Assembly (NCBI RefSeq): GCF_046119375.1 | Contig: NW_027362767.1 | Location: 379,750,001 to 379,814,000, forward strand | Direction: 5' to 3' | DNA length: 64,000 nucleotides | DNA from: Phyllobates terribilis | Taxonomy: Eukaryota | Shown: positions 61,330 through 64,000 of the stretch, piece after piece | Numbering within the stretch: position 1 is the stretch's first letter | Layout: every line of letters begins with the position of its first letter | The notes under the pieces: model-generated | Seen by the model: only the letters and a program-made list of their open reading frames with translations | The model's database searches: none | Told to the model about the DNA's origin: nothing | Program-made: the position numbers and the translations under genes

Positions 61330-61636
61330 TAGTGCTGAGTGAGCGTGGTCGGACAAGGTGTTATCCCAGCAGGCTCGGGTGTTATCCAGGTATCTTGTAG
61401 TGCTCTGCTAATATGCTCAAGTCCCTGCGGTAACATGTTTTGCGGCGGTAGACAGAAGCAACACATGCAGTGATTACCTAACAAACAGGCAATTCCTAAA
61501 TGTGTTGCGTCTGCCTACCGCCGCAAAACATGCTACCCTGGGGACTCGAGCATATTAGCAGAGCACTACAAGATACCTGGATAACACCTGAGCATGCTGG
61601 GATCACACCTTATCCGACCACGCTCGCTCAGCACTA
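61330..61636. mobile_element. Palindromic hAT-type MITE (307 bp)
   Basis: TAGTGCTGAGTGAGCGTGGTCGGA...TCCGACCACGCTCGCTCAGCACTA with ~140-bp arms and perfect 8-bp TSD GTTGCCAG. Confidence 0.88.
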
Positions 61637-62419
61637 GTTGCCAGGTGCTGCTGCCATGTTAGTCGTTCAATGAAGCTCAGCGTGAAGTTGGGCTCCATGG
61701 AAGTGTCACAATCCAGGTGCCAGACGTTATTGCAGCACCCTCACTTTGTAGTTCGCGGTGACTGTAATGTCTCCCTCCTTGCACCGACCCAATAACAGGA
61801 AGCGAGTGTCGGCAGGGAGAATAAAACGTAATTTTCTCCGTGTAGCCTACGCTTTTCCATTAAGCCGTCTAACCAGGCTTTAAACCCTATTTACCTGCAG
61901 ATTACCCCTATATCTGCAGATAAATAACGTTTTTCAAGGTGACAAGTTACCATTAAAGGGACTCTGGCAGTACGGAATGACTGTTCGAACAAAGTCCTGC
62001 CGCTCAGTGCTTCACAGCTGGTGGGCTGTAGTGTGGGCCCCTAGAGTCAGTTCCCCTGGTGGGCCCTAGGCACCCCAGTCCGACCCTGTACTTCAAGAAG
62101 CTTCCAGAAATAGATGGAAAGAAAGCACTGGAGAGTTCTGAAGTGGTAATTCCAGCTTTAGTAGCATAAAGTCTCCCACCACTACCTCTTACATACAGAT
62201 GCTGAAGAGAAACTGCAAATGATACATTAAATCAATACATTTTGTTAACTTTGATGAATTTCTCTCAACTTTGATAAATTTCTGAGTACAAATCACCGTA
62301 AAAATTATGAATCTGTCAATGAATGTATGGAGCAAATCAATTAAGTTATGTGGAAGAGATGTATGTGACCAGATTGAACACTCATTTCCAGCAGAAATGC
62401 TGTAGAAGGTGGGAGCAAC

Positions 62420-63990
62420 CCTGATTGAACCAGGGTCCGCAATCCTTGGCCTCGGGAGCACGTGTGCCGCCCCAGGGTCCGACTGGGTCCCGGCTTCCAA
62501 AATATTCGCCCAGTGCGCCGTCAGGGAAATGTAGCGTCCCTGGCCACAAGCACTTGTTCACTTGTTGGTGGTTAAGTGGACCTTCCCAGTAACTGCATTG
62601 GTGAGGGCACGTGTAATGTTATGGGACACGTGCTTGTATAAAACGGGGACAGCACACCGGGAGAAATAGTGTCGGCTGGGGACCGAGTACAGAGGGACGA
62701 CTGCCATGAGGTTGCGGAAAGCTTCCATCTCCACAAGCCTAAAAGGCAACATTTCCAGGGCAAGAAGTCTGGAAATGTGGCCATTTAGTATTGTGTCCTG
62801 TAGGTTGGTGACTGCGTATTTGCGCTTGCGTTCCAAGGACTGGGATTGGAACAACTGAACGCTGTGCTGGGACTTGGACATGGTTGCTGACATTGGTTGC
62901 AAGTGTGCAATGACTGGTGCAGGGTGGGAGGCATCTTCGGCAGCGTAATGGACAAGTGGATTGGTGTGCGCGTACCATGGGAGAAGAGGCAGTGCCGTCA
63001 CCCGCAGACACTGTTTCTGGACCCTGGTGTTAAGGTGCTTTGCTGTCATGTGCCTGAGCATGCTTGTGGTGGTCAGGCTGGTAGTTGCGCTGCTCCTGCT
63101 GATGCTGGCATGGCAGATGTTGCAAATGGCCTTTTTTGGGTTAACTGGACAATCTTTTTAAAAAAGTGCCAGACTTGGATAAACCTAACCCTTGGACTGG
63201 CAACTTCTCTCGTGTTGGTGTTCTGGGGAACAGTTGCCCACCTTGTGTCTCTGGCCACCCCACTGCCTCTTCCTGCCTGTTGCAGTACTGCGGATACCTC
63301 CCCCTCTGCACTGCTGTCCTCGCCCTGCATGTGACCTTCCCAGGTTGGGTCAGTGACTTCATCGTCCACCACCTTATCTTCCACTTCCGCACCCTGGTCC
63401 TCCTCCTGACTTGCTGGCAATTGTGTTTCATCATCATCATCCACCTCTGGCGACAGTAATTGCACTTCAACACCGTCGCCTTCTTGTGACCGTGGCTGCT
63501 CCAATATTTGGGCATAGCTACACGCGATCTCCTCTTGCCCCGCTTGAAGCGGGCAGTGCGAGAGGCCAGAATCTATAAATGGAAATGTGAACAGCTCTTC
63601 GGAGTGTCCAAGTGTGGGATCAGTTGTCTCCGGGCACTCTGGATGGTGGGAGGGAGGAGAATGAGGGTGAGGAATATGTGGTCCAGACTCACGGCTACTG
63701 AGACTGGAGCATGTGGAAGACAGGGTGGTGGTGGCAAACTGACTGGAAGCATTATCTGCTACAACCTTTTCACACTGGTCTGGCTTCAAGAGTGGTGTTC
63801 CTCGCCCCCCTAAAAAGTGGGGCAGGAAGCTAGGTTTACATGATGTGTGTGTTTCTTGTGCTCCTTCAGCAGGCACAGTTTCAACTTGCCCACAGCCTCT
63901 GTCTCTGCGCTCACCATCAGCATCACGTCCACTTCCCCGTCCCTTACCATGCACCTTGCCCATTTCAAAGTACGTATAATATTTCCCTGC
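62420..63990 (-). pseudogene. Degraded hAT (BED-finger, ZBED-like) transposase, N-terminal half
   Basis: Across frameshifts: VWHFFK, CNIC...MLRHMTAKH (BED finger), MLPFRLVE..AFRNLM...VPSRHYFSRCAVPVLY and VHLTT. The expected first catalytic Asp reads Asn and is followed by a stop. Confidence 0.85.
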
Positions 63991-64000
63991 TGAGAAAACT

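Larger units (their letters stand above)
54158..62088. mobile_element. 7.9-kb non-autonomous hAT-type element carrying a satellite and nested MITEs
   Basis: Ends CAGGCTCGGTCTGG and CCAGTCCGACCCTG. Perfect 8-bp TSD TACTTCAA at 54150-54157 and 62089-62096. Subterminal CCCGGTGGGCCC/CCTGGTGGGCCC motifs at both ends. Confidence 0.8.

Overview
Vertebrate genomic DNA, most likely an anuran (frog); this is inferred from the gene and repeat content. Three host genes can be reconstructed. (1) An apparently intact six-exon vomeronasal type-2 receptor (V2R) on +, 17087-27642, 855 aa with all splice phases consistent. (2) FANCF, with a single coding exon on -, 34103-35140. (3) A four-coding-exon THAP8/THAP5-type gene on +, 38390-46247, 458 aa. 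FANCF and the THAP gene lie head-to-head around a CpG-rich promoter near 38.0-38.6 kb. The rest is dense, nested transposon DNA: CR1, RTE, L2-like, DIRS and Penelope-like remnants; Tc1/mariner elements (an intact DD35E transposase, a DD38E copy with a mutated catalytic Glu, and degenerate copies); hAT, Harbinger, Kolobok/T2 and Tc2-type MITEs; several minisatellites; a 4.3-kb TG-rich satellite; and one assembly gap. Three observations stand out. First, a complete 4.6-kb non-autonomous LTR element (TSD, PBS, PPT, two ~1.2-kb LTRs) has no pol; its only internal ORF ends in a cold-shock (Y-box/Lin28-type) nucleic-acid-binding domain. Second, a 2.2-kb foldback element in THAP intron 1 carries two divergent tRNA-like Pol III cassettes in each arm. 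Third, a 7.9-kb hAT-bounded element with a perfect 8-bp TSD carries the large satellite as cargo. All coordinates were read by eye and no database search was run.
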